Shown one piece after another: positions 1 through 9,900 of a stretch of DNA of 64,000 nt (within the stretch, counting starts at the first letter, position 1; each line of letters opens with the position of its first letter). The notes below the pieces were generated by a model. It saw only the letters and a program-made list of their open reading frames with translations, did no database searches and had not been told where the DNA came from. The stretch lies in the NCBI GenBank assembly GCA_040954595.2, contig JBECUI020000031.1:124001-188000 (forward strand), given 5' to 3'. A program made the position numbers and the translations under genes. Source of the DNA: Balanoglossus misakiensis. Lineage: Eukaryota > Animalia > Hemichordata.

Positions 1-716
1 AATGCTAACGCCGGGTAGGGGCTTGAGGGTGATGATGAGGCTTTGGTAAGCCTGTCTTATGTTTTCAATGACAGCGGGGTCCAAGGCCTGTTCTGGACCG
101 CCGAAGCCGCTCCAGAGGCCTTCAGTGTAGCCTGTTGTTTCTCCGATGGGGTAAAGGAGGGTGATCCCGGTCAAGGGGGCGGGAAAGGCCTCGGGAGGAC
201 TGCCTATAAAGCTGGGGGCCCTAGAGGCCAGGATGCTTAGCTTGTTGAGAGCCGTTCCGGCGAAGGCCAGATTGCCGATGGAGGTGATACCGTTACCTAT
301 CTGCACTTCGCTCAAGGAGGCAGCTGAGCTGAAGGCCTCGTCTCCTATAGTCGTGACGCTGTTGGGAATATTTATGCTGGTAAGGGTGGAATTTTTAAAG
401 GCTGCCTCGGCTATGGCCGTAACGGGCTTGTTATAAATGAAAGAGGGTATGCTGAGGTCGGTGCTGTCTTGTCTTGCCAGACCAGTTATAGTGATTTCCC
501 TGCCTTCGTCCTGGTAGGTAAGTGCGTCGAAACTAGGGGGGGCGGTGAGGTTGCTGCAGGAAGTTATCAGGTAGAAAACGAAAAGGAAAAGACCAACTTT
601 AGTGGCTAGGGTTTTTCTATGTTGTCTTACGCGGGGAAGTGAGTGAGTGAGTGAGTGAGTGAGTGAGTGAGTGAGTGAGTGAGTGAGTGAGTGAGTGAGT
701 TGATAGATAAATTCAT
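1..716 (-). CDS. 5' part of LRR/Fn3/GLUG surface lipoprotein paralog 1 (runs off the window); out of frame at the (ACTC)15 tract as assembled
   Basis: AAGGAG SD then ATG at 716. Downstream of the tract the body frame reads LPRVRQHRKTLATKVGLFLFVFYLITSC (lipobox), then sequence nearly identical to 2934-3570 and 6008-6640. In the ATG frame a TAA occurs at 629-627. Confidence 0.85.
638..700. repeat. Tetranucleotide microsatellite AGT(GAGT)15, i.e. (ACTC)15 on the coding strand, within the signal-peptide coding region
   Basis: Counted directly: 15 GAGT units at 641-700. Confidence 0.97.
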
Positions 717-748
717 ATGCTGGATCTCCTTACAAATTTGATTGGTCT

Positions 749-801
749 ATCCTATCGTAGGTATTCTTTTTTGTCAAGTCTTTTCTATAGGTAAAAGACT
801 T
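749..801 (-). promoter_or_regulatory. sigma70-type promoter (TTGACA-17-TAGGAT) with an inverted repeat AAGTCTTTT-N8-AAAAGACTT abutting the -35 box
   Basis: tgtcaa at 772-777, atccta at 749-754, IR at 776-801. The same layout recurs upstream of paralogs 2 and 3. Confidence 0.7.
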
Positions 802-964
802 TTTGATTGAGCAGTGATCTTGAATAAGGACACTACGCTTCTAAAGCTTATGACGTTTTAGAGAGAATGCTAAGTTTTTTGGAATTATTTTCTGTTTTTG
901 GGGAAGACTTCAGGGTTGGGGCGGCGATGGAGAGGTCCAGGGGGGGGCTGGTTGGGGGAGATGA

Positions 965-1049
965 GCCCTCCAAGGCCCGCACGGACTGCGGGGCTTGGAG
1001 GGCGGGATTGCTGGTAGAGGCATCATTCCCGCATTTGCGGGGGTGATGG
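965..1049 (-). terminator. Two GC-rich hairpins immediately downstream of paralog 2
   Basis: gccctccaaggcccgca-cggac-tgcggggcttggagggc (about 965-1003) and catcattccccgca-tt-tgcgggggtgatg (about 1021-1049). No clear U-tract. Confidence 0.5.
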
Positions 1050-3649
1050 CTAGGGGGTTGGTAGGGGGGTGTCGGGCTGGCCGGGGAAGTTGGTGATGTG
1101 GGGGTGGTAGGCGGGGGTGCCGTTCACCCGGCCTTCAATGACCCAATCGTTGACGGACCAGCCTAGCTTGCCAATTTCGGTTCCAGTGTACCAGCTTGGG
1201 GTTTTTAGTTGATCCAGGCTGACGGTGCTGCCAGAGGTGTTGGGGCTGGCTTGGGCATTGCCGTCAGGGTCTGTGAAACTCTGATTCACATAGCGGTAGC
1301 TGTTGGTTATGGTGCCTGTATCAATTAGTCCTATCAAACCACCCAGGTCGGCCCCTTGCCCCGAGACATTCCCAGTGGCATAGCTGTTTGTTATGCTACC
1401 GAAGCTGTGATTACCGACCAAACCACCCACGATGTTCCCTTGCCCCGAGAGATCCCCAGTGGCATAGCTGTTCTCTATGCTGCCTGAGTTGAATCCCGCC
1501 AAGCCGCCCAAATTGTCGCTGACCCCCGAAACAGTACCGGTGGCATAGCTGTCTGTTATGGAAGAAGTGTTGGTTCCAGCCAAACCACCCACAGTACCGT
1601 CCCCCGAGACATCTCCAGTGGCATAGTTGCCTGTCATGGAGGCTCTATTATTTCCAACCAAACCACCTACGTCCCTACCCTGACCTGAGACATTCCCGGT
1701 GGCATAGCTGCCTGTTATGGTGAATTGGCTGTGTCCAACCAAACCACCTACACTAGCGTCCCCCGAAACAGTACCAGTGGCATAGCTGTCTGTTATGGGA
1801 GCAAAGTTCCTTCCGACCAAACCACCTACAATGTGACTCTGCCCTGAGACATTCCCGGTGGCATAGCTGCTCGTTATGCTTCCCATTATCCAGCTGAATC
1901 CAACCAAACCACCCACGTAGTCCCCCTGACCCGAGACATCTCCAGTGGTATAGCTAGCCTTTATACTGCCGTCGTTGTACCCAGCCAAGCCACCCACATA
2001 CTCCTGCCCCGTGACAGAAGCCGCAGCATAGCTACCGCTTATGGTAGCAGCAGAGCGCCCGACCAAAGCACCCACATCGCGGTACCCCAAAACAGAGCCC
2101 CCAATCAGTCCCAGATCCTTTATCTCACTTCCAGCAACCGTGGTCCCCAAAAAACCGACTCTATTAGCTAAAGGTGTCGTGACGGTCATTCCCTCGATAC
2201 TGTGGTTTTTACCATCAAAACTCCCACCATACCCACCGCTTAGGTAGTTTCCATCGTCGTCATAAGTTCCAGGGCTAAGAGGGGTCCAGTTTCCGTTGTC
2301 GGCATCATCGTCGCTGTCGTAATGGTCGTTCATTACCCCATCGTTGTCGGCGTCGGCGAAGTTGAGGTCCATGCTTAGCTCGTAGTTCCAGTCCTCGGGG
2401 TAGTTTTCCGTATCCACTCCGATTTTGGCCAGTTCACTCAGGCGGTGGATGTACTGCTTGCCGTCGGCGGTGGGGATGAGGGGAGTGGAATAGCGGTATT
2501 CAGCGCTGCCGTCGCTGAGCTGGGCACGCAGGTAGTAGGGCCTTTCATTGCTGACCCCGCTGAGTTCCACTGCCTGAGGGCCGGGGCTGCCTGTAAAGGA
2601 AACCTTCTTGACCATGATGTTTAAAGCCTGGTCGGTGAAGGCTTGGAGTTCTGCTTCTAGTCCTAGGGGAATGCCAACTTCAACCATGATTTTTCCAGAA
2701 CGGGGAACGGCATCGGTAATGGCGATGCCATGGGGAGAGTAAGGATTAGGAAGCGTTATCCAATCCGTGGAGGCCTCCGGGGAGACCTGGCTCCCTTTGA
2801 CCCGCAGGTGGTAGGAGGTACCGTCGGTCAGGCCAGTCAGGCTTATCTCCTGGGATGTTGCTGCCGTCGGTTCGGAAACTGCTGTTGCGGTAGCTTCACT
2901 GCTAAAGTCAGCTTCGGTGTGAGCTTCTACGGTAATGCTAACGCCGGGTAGGGGCTTGAGGGTGATAATGAGGCTTTGGTAAGCCTGTCTTATGTTTTCA
3001 ATGACAGAGGGGTCCAAGGCCCGTTCTGGACCGCCGAAGCCGCTCCAGAGGCCTTCAGTGTAGCCTGTTGTTTCTCCGATGGGGTAAAGGAGGGTGATCC
3101 CGGTCAAGGGAGTGGGAAAGGCCTCAGCGGGGCTGCCTGTAAGGCTGGGGGCCCTTGGGGCCAGGATGCTTAGCTTGTTAAGGGCAGTTCCGGCGAATAC
3201 CAGATTGCCTATGGAGGTGATACCGTTACCTACATGTACTTCGCTCAAGGAGGCAGCTGAGTTGAAGGCCTCGTCTCCTATAGTCGTGACGCTGTTGGGA
3301 ATATTTATGCTGGTGAGGGGAGAGTTTTTAAAGGCTGCCTCGGCTATGGCCGTAACGGGCTTGTTGTGAATAAAAGAGGGTATGCTGAGGTCGGTGATGT
3401 CTCGTCTTGCCAGACCAGTTATAGTGATTTCCCTGCCTTCGTCCTGGTAGGTAAGTGCGTCGAAACTAGGGGGGGCGGTGAGGTTGCTGCAGGAAGTTAT
3501 CAGGTAGAACACAAAAAGGGAAAGACCAACTTTGCTGGCTAGGGTTTTTCTATGTTGTCTTACGCGGGGAAGTGAGTGAGTGAGTGAGTGAGTGAGTGAG
3601 TGAGTGAGTGAGTGAGTGAGTGAGTGAGTGAGTTGGTAAATAAATTCAT
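1050..3649 (-). CDS. LRR(BspA-type)/Fn3-like/GLUG-repeat surface lipoprotein paralog 2; out of frame at the (ACTC)15 tract as assembled
   Basis: ORF 1050..3512 contains LRR motif IPNSVTTIGDEAF, Fn3-like LTGLTDGTSYHLRV and about 11 GGLVG/SYATG repeats. The SD-preceded ATG at 3649 is one base out of frame with the lipobox FYLITSC. Confidence 0.9.
3571..3633. repeat. Tetranucleotide microsatellite AGT(GAGT)15 within the signal-peptide coding region of paralog 2
   Basis: Counted directly: 15 GAGT units at 3574-3633. Confidence 0.97.
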
Positions 3650-3681
3650 ATGCTGGATCTCCTTACAAATTTGATTGGTCT

Positions 3682-3734
3682 ATCCTATCGTAGTTATTCT
3701 TTTCTGTCAAGTCTTTGCCATAGGTAAAAGACTT
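3682..3734 (-). promoter_or_regulatory. sigma70-type promoter (TTGACA-17-TAGGAT) with the conserved inverted repeat
   Basis: tgtcaa at 3705-3710, atccta at 3682-3687, AAGTCTTTG-N8-AAAAGACTT at 3709-3734. Confidence 0.7.
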
Positions 3735-3894
3735 TTTGATTGAGCAGTGATATTGAATAAGGACACTACGCTTCAAAGCTTATTGCGTTTTAGAGGGAAT
3801 GCCAAATTTTTTGGAATTATTTTCTGTTTTTGGGGAAGACTTCAGGGTTGGGGCGGCGATGGAGAGGTCCAGGGGGGGGGTGGTTTGGGGAGAT

Positions 3895-4203
3895 GAGCCT
3901 TCCAAGGCCCGCACGGACTGCGGGCCTTGGAGGGCGGGACTGCTGGGTTGGGATAGGGCCGTTTGAGTTTATGGGAGAGATGCCGGGGTGAGATGGGGAA
4001 GTTTGGTCTTGGGGGGAGCCTCCCAGGGCCCGCCCGGATGGGGGGTCTTGGGGGGCGGAGATGATGCTTAGGGGGTTGGTAGGGAAGTGTCGGGCTGGCC
4101 GGGGGGGAGGTTCTCCGAGGGGGGTGAGAGGAGGGGGGCAGTTCGGTCTTTTGGGAAAGCTCTCCAAGTCCCACAGCTTCGGGGGGACTTGGAGGGGGGA
4201 TGG
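3895..4203 (-). repeat. Stack of three related GC hairpins separated by degenerate copies of the gene 3' end
   Basis: Hairpins at about 3895-3936, 4017-4056 and 4160-4200. Positions 4103-4068 read PGQPDTSLPTP-stop on the minus strand. Confidence 0.7.
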
Positions 4204-6665
4204 CTAGGATGTTGGTAGGGGAGTGTCGGGTTGGCCAGGGACGTCTTTGATGTGGGAGTGGTAGGGAGTGGTGCCGTTCACCCGGCCGTCGATGACCCAG
4301 TCTTCGGCGGACCAGCCTAGGTTCCCAGTGCCGATTATGGTGTACCAACTTGGAGTTTTTAGTTGAACCAGGCTAACGGTGCTGCCTAGGGTGTTGGGTG
4401 TAGCGAGGGCATTTCCGTCAGAGTCCGTGATACTCTGATTCGCATAGCGGTAGCTGTTCGTTATGGTGCCCAGGGATACTCCGACCAAACCACCCACCTG
4501 GGTGGAGCCACTCTCCCCCAAGACATTCCCTGTAGCATAGCTATTCGTTAAGATGCCTTGACTGATGTATCCTATCAAACCACCCGCACCATTGGTCCCC
4601 GAGACATCTCCAGTAGCATAGCTGCCTGTTATGCCAACACCTGAACTCTTCATATCCCCAACCAAACCACCCACGCTACTTCCCTGACCTGAGACATCCC
4701 CAGTGGCATAGCTGCCTGTTATGCTAGAAGCGTTGTACCCGGCCAAGCCGCCCACAACGTTGCTGCTACCCGTGACAGAACCCGTGGTATAGCTGCCTGT
4801 TATGACCCCACTATTATCTCCAACCAAACCACCCACTTTATTCCACTGACCTGAGACATCTCCAGTGGCATAGCTAGCCCTTATGCTACCACTGCTGTCT
4901 CCAGCCAAGCCACCCACGCTACTTCCCTGACCCGAGACAACCCCAGTGGCATGGCTATCTGTTATGGAGGCGCTATTATCTCCAACCAAACCACCCACTT
5001 TATTCCCCTGACCCGAGACATCTCCAGTGGCATAGCTAGCCCTTATGCTGCCGAAGTTGTACCCAGCCAAACCACCAACGCTTCTGCTACCCGTGACAGA
5101 AGCCGTAGCATAGCTGCCTATGATCTCTCCCTCGTTATACCCAACCAAACTACCTACGTTAGCATCCCCCGAGAAAGAGCCACCCAGCAGTTCCAGATCC
5201 TTTATCTCACTTCCAGCAACCGTGGTCCCAAAAAAACCGACTCTATTAGCTGAAGCTGTCGTGATGGTCATTCCCTCGATACTGTGGTTTTTACCATCAA
5301 AGTTCCCAGCATATCCACCGCTTAGGTAGTTTCCATCGTCGTCATAAATTCCAGGGCTAAGAGGGGTCCAGTTTCCGTTGTCGGCATCATCGTCGCTGTC
5401 GTAATGGTCGTTCATTACCCCATCGTTGTCGGCGTCGGTGAAGTTGAGGTCCATTCTTAACTCGTAGTTCCAGTTATCGGGGTAGTTTTCCGTATCCACT
5501 CCGATTTTGGCCAGTTCACTCAGGCGGTGGATGTACTGCTTGCCGTCGGCGGTGGGAATAAGGGGAGTGGAATAGCGGTATTCAGCGCTGCCGTCGCTGA
5601 GCTGGGCACGCAGGTAGTAGGCGGTCTCGTTACTGATCCCGCTGAGTTCCACTGTCTGAGGGCCGGGGCTGCCTGTCAAGGGAACCTCCTTGACCATGAT
5701 GCTTAAATCCTGGTCGGTGAAGGCTTGGAGTTGTGCTTCTAGTCCTACGGGAATGCCAACTTCAACCGTGATTTTTCCAGAACGGGGGACGGCATCGGTA
5801 ATGGCGATGCCATAGGGAGAGTAAGGATTAGGAAGTGTTATCCAATCCGTGGAGGTCTCCGGGAAGACCTGGCTCCCTCTGGCCCGCAGGCGGTAGGAGG
5901 TACCGTTGGTCAGGCCAGTCAGGCTTATCTTCTGGGATGTTGCTGCCGTCGGTTTGGAAACTGCTGTTGCGATGGTAGGGCCAGCTTCGGTGAGAGCTTC
6001 TACGGTAATGCTAACGCCGGGTAGGGGCTTGAGGGTGATGATGAGGCTTTGGTAAGCCTGTCTTATGTTTTCAATGACAGAGGGGTCCAAGGCCCGTTCC
6101 GGACCGCCGAAGCCGATCCAGGGGACTTCAGCGTAGCCTGTTGTTTCTCCGATGGGGTAAAGGAAGGTGATCCCGGTCAAGGGGGCGGGAAAGGCCTCGG
6201 CGGGGCTGCCTGTAAAGCTAGGGGCCCTTGGGGCCAGGATGATTAGCTTGTTAAGGGCCGTTCCGGCGAAGGCCAGATTGCCGATGGAGGTGATACCGTT
6301 ACCTATCTGCACTTCGCTCAAGGAGGCAGATGAGTTGAAGGCCTCGTCTCCTATAGTCGTGACGCTGTTGGGAATATTTATGCTGGTAAGGATAGAGTTT
6401 TTAAAGGCTGCCTCGGCTATGGCCGTAACGGGCTTGTTGTGAATAAAAGAGGGTATGCTGAGGTCAGTGCTCTCTCGTCTTGCCAGACCAGTTATAGTGA
6501 TTTCCCTGCCTTCGTCCTGGTAGGTAAGTGCGTCGAAACTAAGGGGGGCGGTGAGGTTGCTGCAGGAAGTTATCAGGTAGAAAACGAAAAGGAAAAGACC
6601 AACTTTGGCGGCTAGGGTTTTCTATGTTGTCTTACGCGGGGAAGAGGGTGTGTGTCTAAATTCAT
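4204..6665 (-). CDS. LRR/Fn3-like/GLUG-repeat surface lipoprotein paralog 3; frameshifted at A4 (A5 in paralogs 1 and 2) in the signal region
   Basis: ATG at 6665 reads MNLDTHPLPRVRQHRKP-stop. Adding one A at about 6618-6621 joins it to the lipobox FYLITSC and to ORF 4204..6321. Confidence 0.9.
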
Positions 6666-6697
6666 ATGTTGGATCTCCTTACAAACTTTATTGACCT

Positions 6698-6749
6698 ATT
6701 ATATAGCATGGCTGCGTTCTTGTCAAGGCTTGGCCATAGCCTAAGACTT
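6698..6749 (-). promoter_or_regulatory. Perfect consensus sigma70 promoter TTGACA-17-TATAAT with a degenerate copy of the inverted repeat
   Basis: tgtcaa at 6721-6726 and attata at 6698-6703. Confidence 0.8.
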
Positions 6750-6951
6750 TTTGATTGAGCAGTGATATTGAATAAGGACACTACACTTCTAAAGTTTATG
6801 ATGTTTTAGAGAGGATGCCAAATTTTTTGGAATTATTTTCTGTTTTTGGGGAAGACTTCAGGGTTAGGGTGGCGATGGAGAGGTCCAGGGGGGGGCTGGT
6901 TGGGGGAAATGAGCCTTCCCCTCCCCGCCCGGACTGCGGGGAGGGGGGGGG

Positions 6952-9900
6952 TTAGGGAGTTGGTAGGGGGGTGTCGGGCTGGCTGGGGACGTCTTTGATG
7001 TGGGGGTGGTAGGGAGTGGTGCCGTTTACCCGTCCGTCGATGATCCAGTCATCGACGGACCAGCCTAGGTTGCCTGAGTCGGTGGAGGTGTACCAAGCCA
7101 GGGTTTTTAGTTGATCCAGGGTGACGGCGCTGCCTTTGATATTAGGAACGACGCCCTCAGGAGTGCTGATGCTCTGCTGGTCATAGTAGTAACCGCTCTG
7201 TATGATAGTATACCGAGAGCTTCCTGCCACCCTCCCAATATTAACGCCAGTTCCCGAGACATTTCCGGTGGCATAGCTGTTGTCTACTCTCCTGCGGTAG
7301 AGGTATCCGACCAAACCACCCACATGAGTGTTACCTGAGACATTCCCAGTGGCATAGTTTCCCGCTATAGTGACAGAGCTGTACCCGATCAAACCACCCA
7401 CGTAATTCCGACCCACGACTTCTCCGGTGGCATAGCTGCTCCTTGAGGTATCAAAGCTCCTTCCGACCAAACCACCCACATAATCAGCCTGTCCCGTGAC
7501 TGACCCAAGAGCATAACTACTGGTTATACTGGTGCCGCTGTGGCTGTACCCGACCAAACCACCCACCTGATTACCCTGCCCCGTGACTGACCCAAGAGCA
7601 TAACTACTCGTTATGTCGCCATTGTTGCTCCCAACCAAACCACCTACAGACTCCTTTTCTCCCGTGACTGACCCAGTAGCATAGCTCCCCGTTAAGTTCC
7701 TATCGTTGCTCCCAGCCAAACCACCAACATCATTTCCCTTTCCAGAGACATCCCCGGTGGCATAACTGTCCGTTATAGTGCCAAAATTGACCCCGACCAA
7801 ACCACCCACGGAGTCTCCCTCCCCCATGACGGAACCGGTCGCAGAGCTCCCCGTTATGGTGCTGTAATTCAGTCCAGCCAGACCACCTATGGTGTTATGC
7901 TGCCCCGTGACTGACCCGGTGGCATAGCTATCCATTATGCTATCCCCACCACTCTCTCCAACCAAACCACCCACGTAAAAATACCCTGTGACATCCCCGG
8001 TAGCATAACTGTCTGTTATAGTGACTCCGCTGCCTCTGTATCCAACCCCAACCAAACCACCCACGTAATTATACCCCGTGACTGACCCGGTGGCATGGCT
8101 ATCGCTGATAAGGCCTTTACTGTCTCCAACCAAACCACCCACGTAGGCCTTCCCCAAGACAGAGCCGATGGCATAGCTGTTCCTTATGCTGCCTTCGCTG
8201 TACCCGACCAAGCCACCAACGTGGGAATCCTGCCCACTGACTTCCCCGGAAGCATAGCTGCCCGTTATAATACCTTTACTCTCTCCAACCAAACCACCCA
8301 CGTAGGCCTTCCCCAAGACAGCCACCCCTAAGAGTCCCAGGTCCTTGATCTCTCCTCCGAAATTCATCACCCCAAATAAACCGACTTCATCAGCTCCAGG
8401 GGCCTGAATGGTCATTCCATCAATGCTGTAACTTTGACCGTCAAAGATTCCGTTATATCCCCCACTTACATAGATTTCATTTTCATCATAAATTCCAGGA
8501 GTAAGGGGTGCCCAGTTCCCGTTCCTACCGTCGTCGTCACTATCGTAGGGGTCATCCCTAAACCCGTCGTTGTTGGCGTCGGCGAAGTTAAGGTTCGTTT
8601 TCAACTCGTAGGCCCAGTTATCGGGGTAGTTGTCCGAATCCACCCCGATTTTGGCCAGTTCGCTCAGGCGATGGATGTGCTGCTTACCATCGGCAGTGGG
8701 GATAAGAGGGGTAGAATAGTCCCCTTGAACGGTATTACCGTCCAATAAGGCACGCAAATAATAGGAATTATCATTGCCGAGCCCATCCAGCACCAGAGTT
8801 TCAGGGTTTCCGGTTCCTGTAAAGGTAAGTTCCTTGGTGATGCTGGCAAAGCCAGCCTCCGTGGAGACTTGAACTCTCCCATCACTACCGTTGGAAGCCT
8901 CGATTATGGCCATTATCTGCCCTGACCTTGGTATAGCGTCAAGAATATTGAGGCTGGAGAGCCTATGGGGGGGGTTGTCGGCTACCACCCAGGGGCTTAT
9001 GTCCCTCTGTGCATTAATCCCCCGGGCCCGAATATAATAGGAGGTTGCGCTTAAGATTTCATCCGAACTGCTAAAGCTTACCTCGTCGATATTGCCAGTG
9101 GCTGCAATGGTTTTGCTTGCAACAAGGCTGGCGGCGTCAAAGGCCGCATCGTTAGAAAACTCAACTTCAATCTTCATGCCGTCCGAGACATCGATGTTCT
9201 CTAAGGTAGCAACTTTGACAGTAAAAGTTTCTATAGCGGTTTCGACTCTTAAGGTGGTGATTGCGGGATTCATGTGAGGTGTGTAGGGATTGCCCACGGC
9301 CTCCACCCAGCCAGTCGAGTCATTGTGGGCATTGACCCCTTTGACCAGGATGGAGTAGCTATCTTTCCCGGACAGGTTGGTAAAGGTCCTCGTGTCCAGA
9401 CCTCCCGTAGCCGTAAACTCTTTTAACTCGACCACAGAATCCGATGGAAAACCGAGCTTGTTAACTTGGATGCTAATGCTAATGCCGGCCAAGGCACGGA
9501 CCGTGACCGTGAGAGCATCCACGCTGGTTTGAATGCTTTCAATGGTGACTGTGGGATCGGGGTTGGGAGTGTAGGGGTTGTTCCCGGCTTCCACCCAGGC
9601 ACTCTCCTCATTTTGAGGATTAGTTCCTTTAACTCGGAGGTAATAAGGAGTACCGCCGGTCAGGCCGCTTAGGGTAAGGGGCTCCGAAACTCCTGTAGCC
9701 ATAAGATTCCCGGAAAAGGGCGTCTGGTCTGAATAGTCCGCTGTGATATGGGCTTCGGCAGTCATCGTGATGCCAGCTAAGGCATTGACCCTAAGGGTGA
9801 GGGCAGCCCCTTGAATCTGAACACTTTCAATGGTGACTGTGGGATCGGGGTTGGGAGCGTAGGGGTTGTTCCCGGCTTCCACCCAGGCACTCTCCTCATT

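Noticed and set aside
1340-2040. CRISPR-like pattern of constant blocks with variable spacers (also 4480-5160 and 7250-8320)
   Set aside because: The units are in-frame GLUG protein repeats inside long ORFs, degenerate at codon positions, with no cas genes in the window.
3817-4348. Pro/Arg-rich ORFs 3817..4167 and 3842..4348
   Set aside because: Products of C-rich hairpin DNA and an alternative frame of the paralog 3 tail; no credible start signals.
43-6442. Recurring plus-strand ORFs (MVSLSYVFND..., MIPVKG...)
   Set aside because: They are antisense shadows of the duplicated lipoprotein genes and recur only because the genes do.
6646-6657. (AC)4 in paralog 3 as a compensating phase switch
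   Set aside because: Removing one unit gives ...RKTT-TAG before the A-tract, so it cannot restore the frame.
965-6951. Integron cassette array (gene plus hairpin units)
   Set aside because: The hairpins lack recognisable RYYYAAC/GTTRRRY attC ends, each unit has its own promoter, all genes are paralogs, and no integrase is present.
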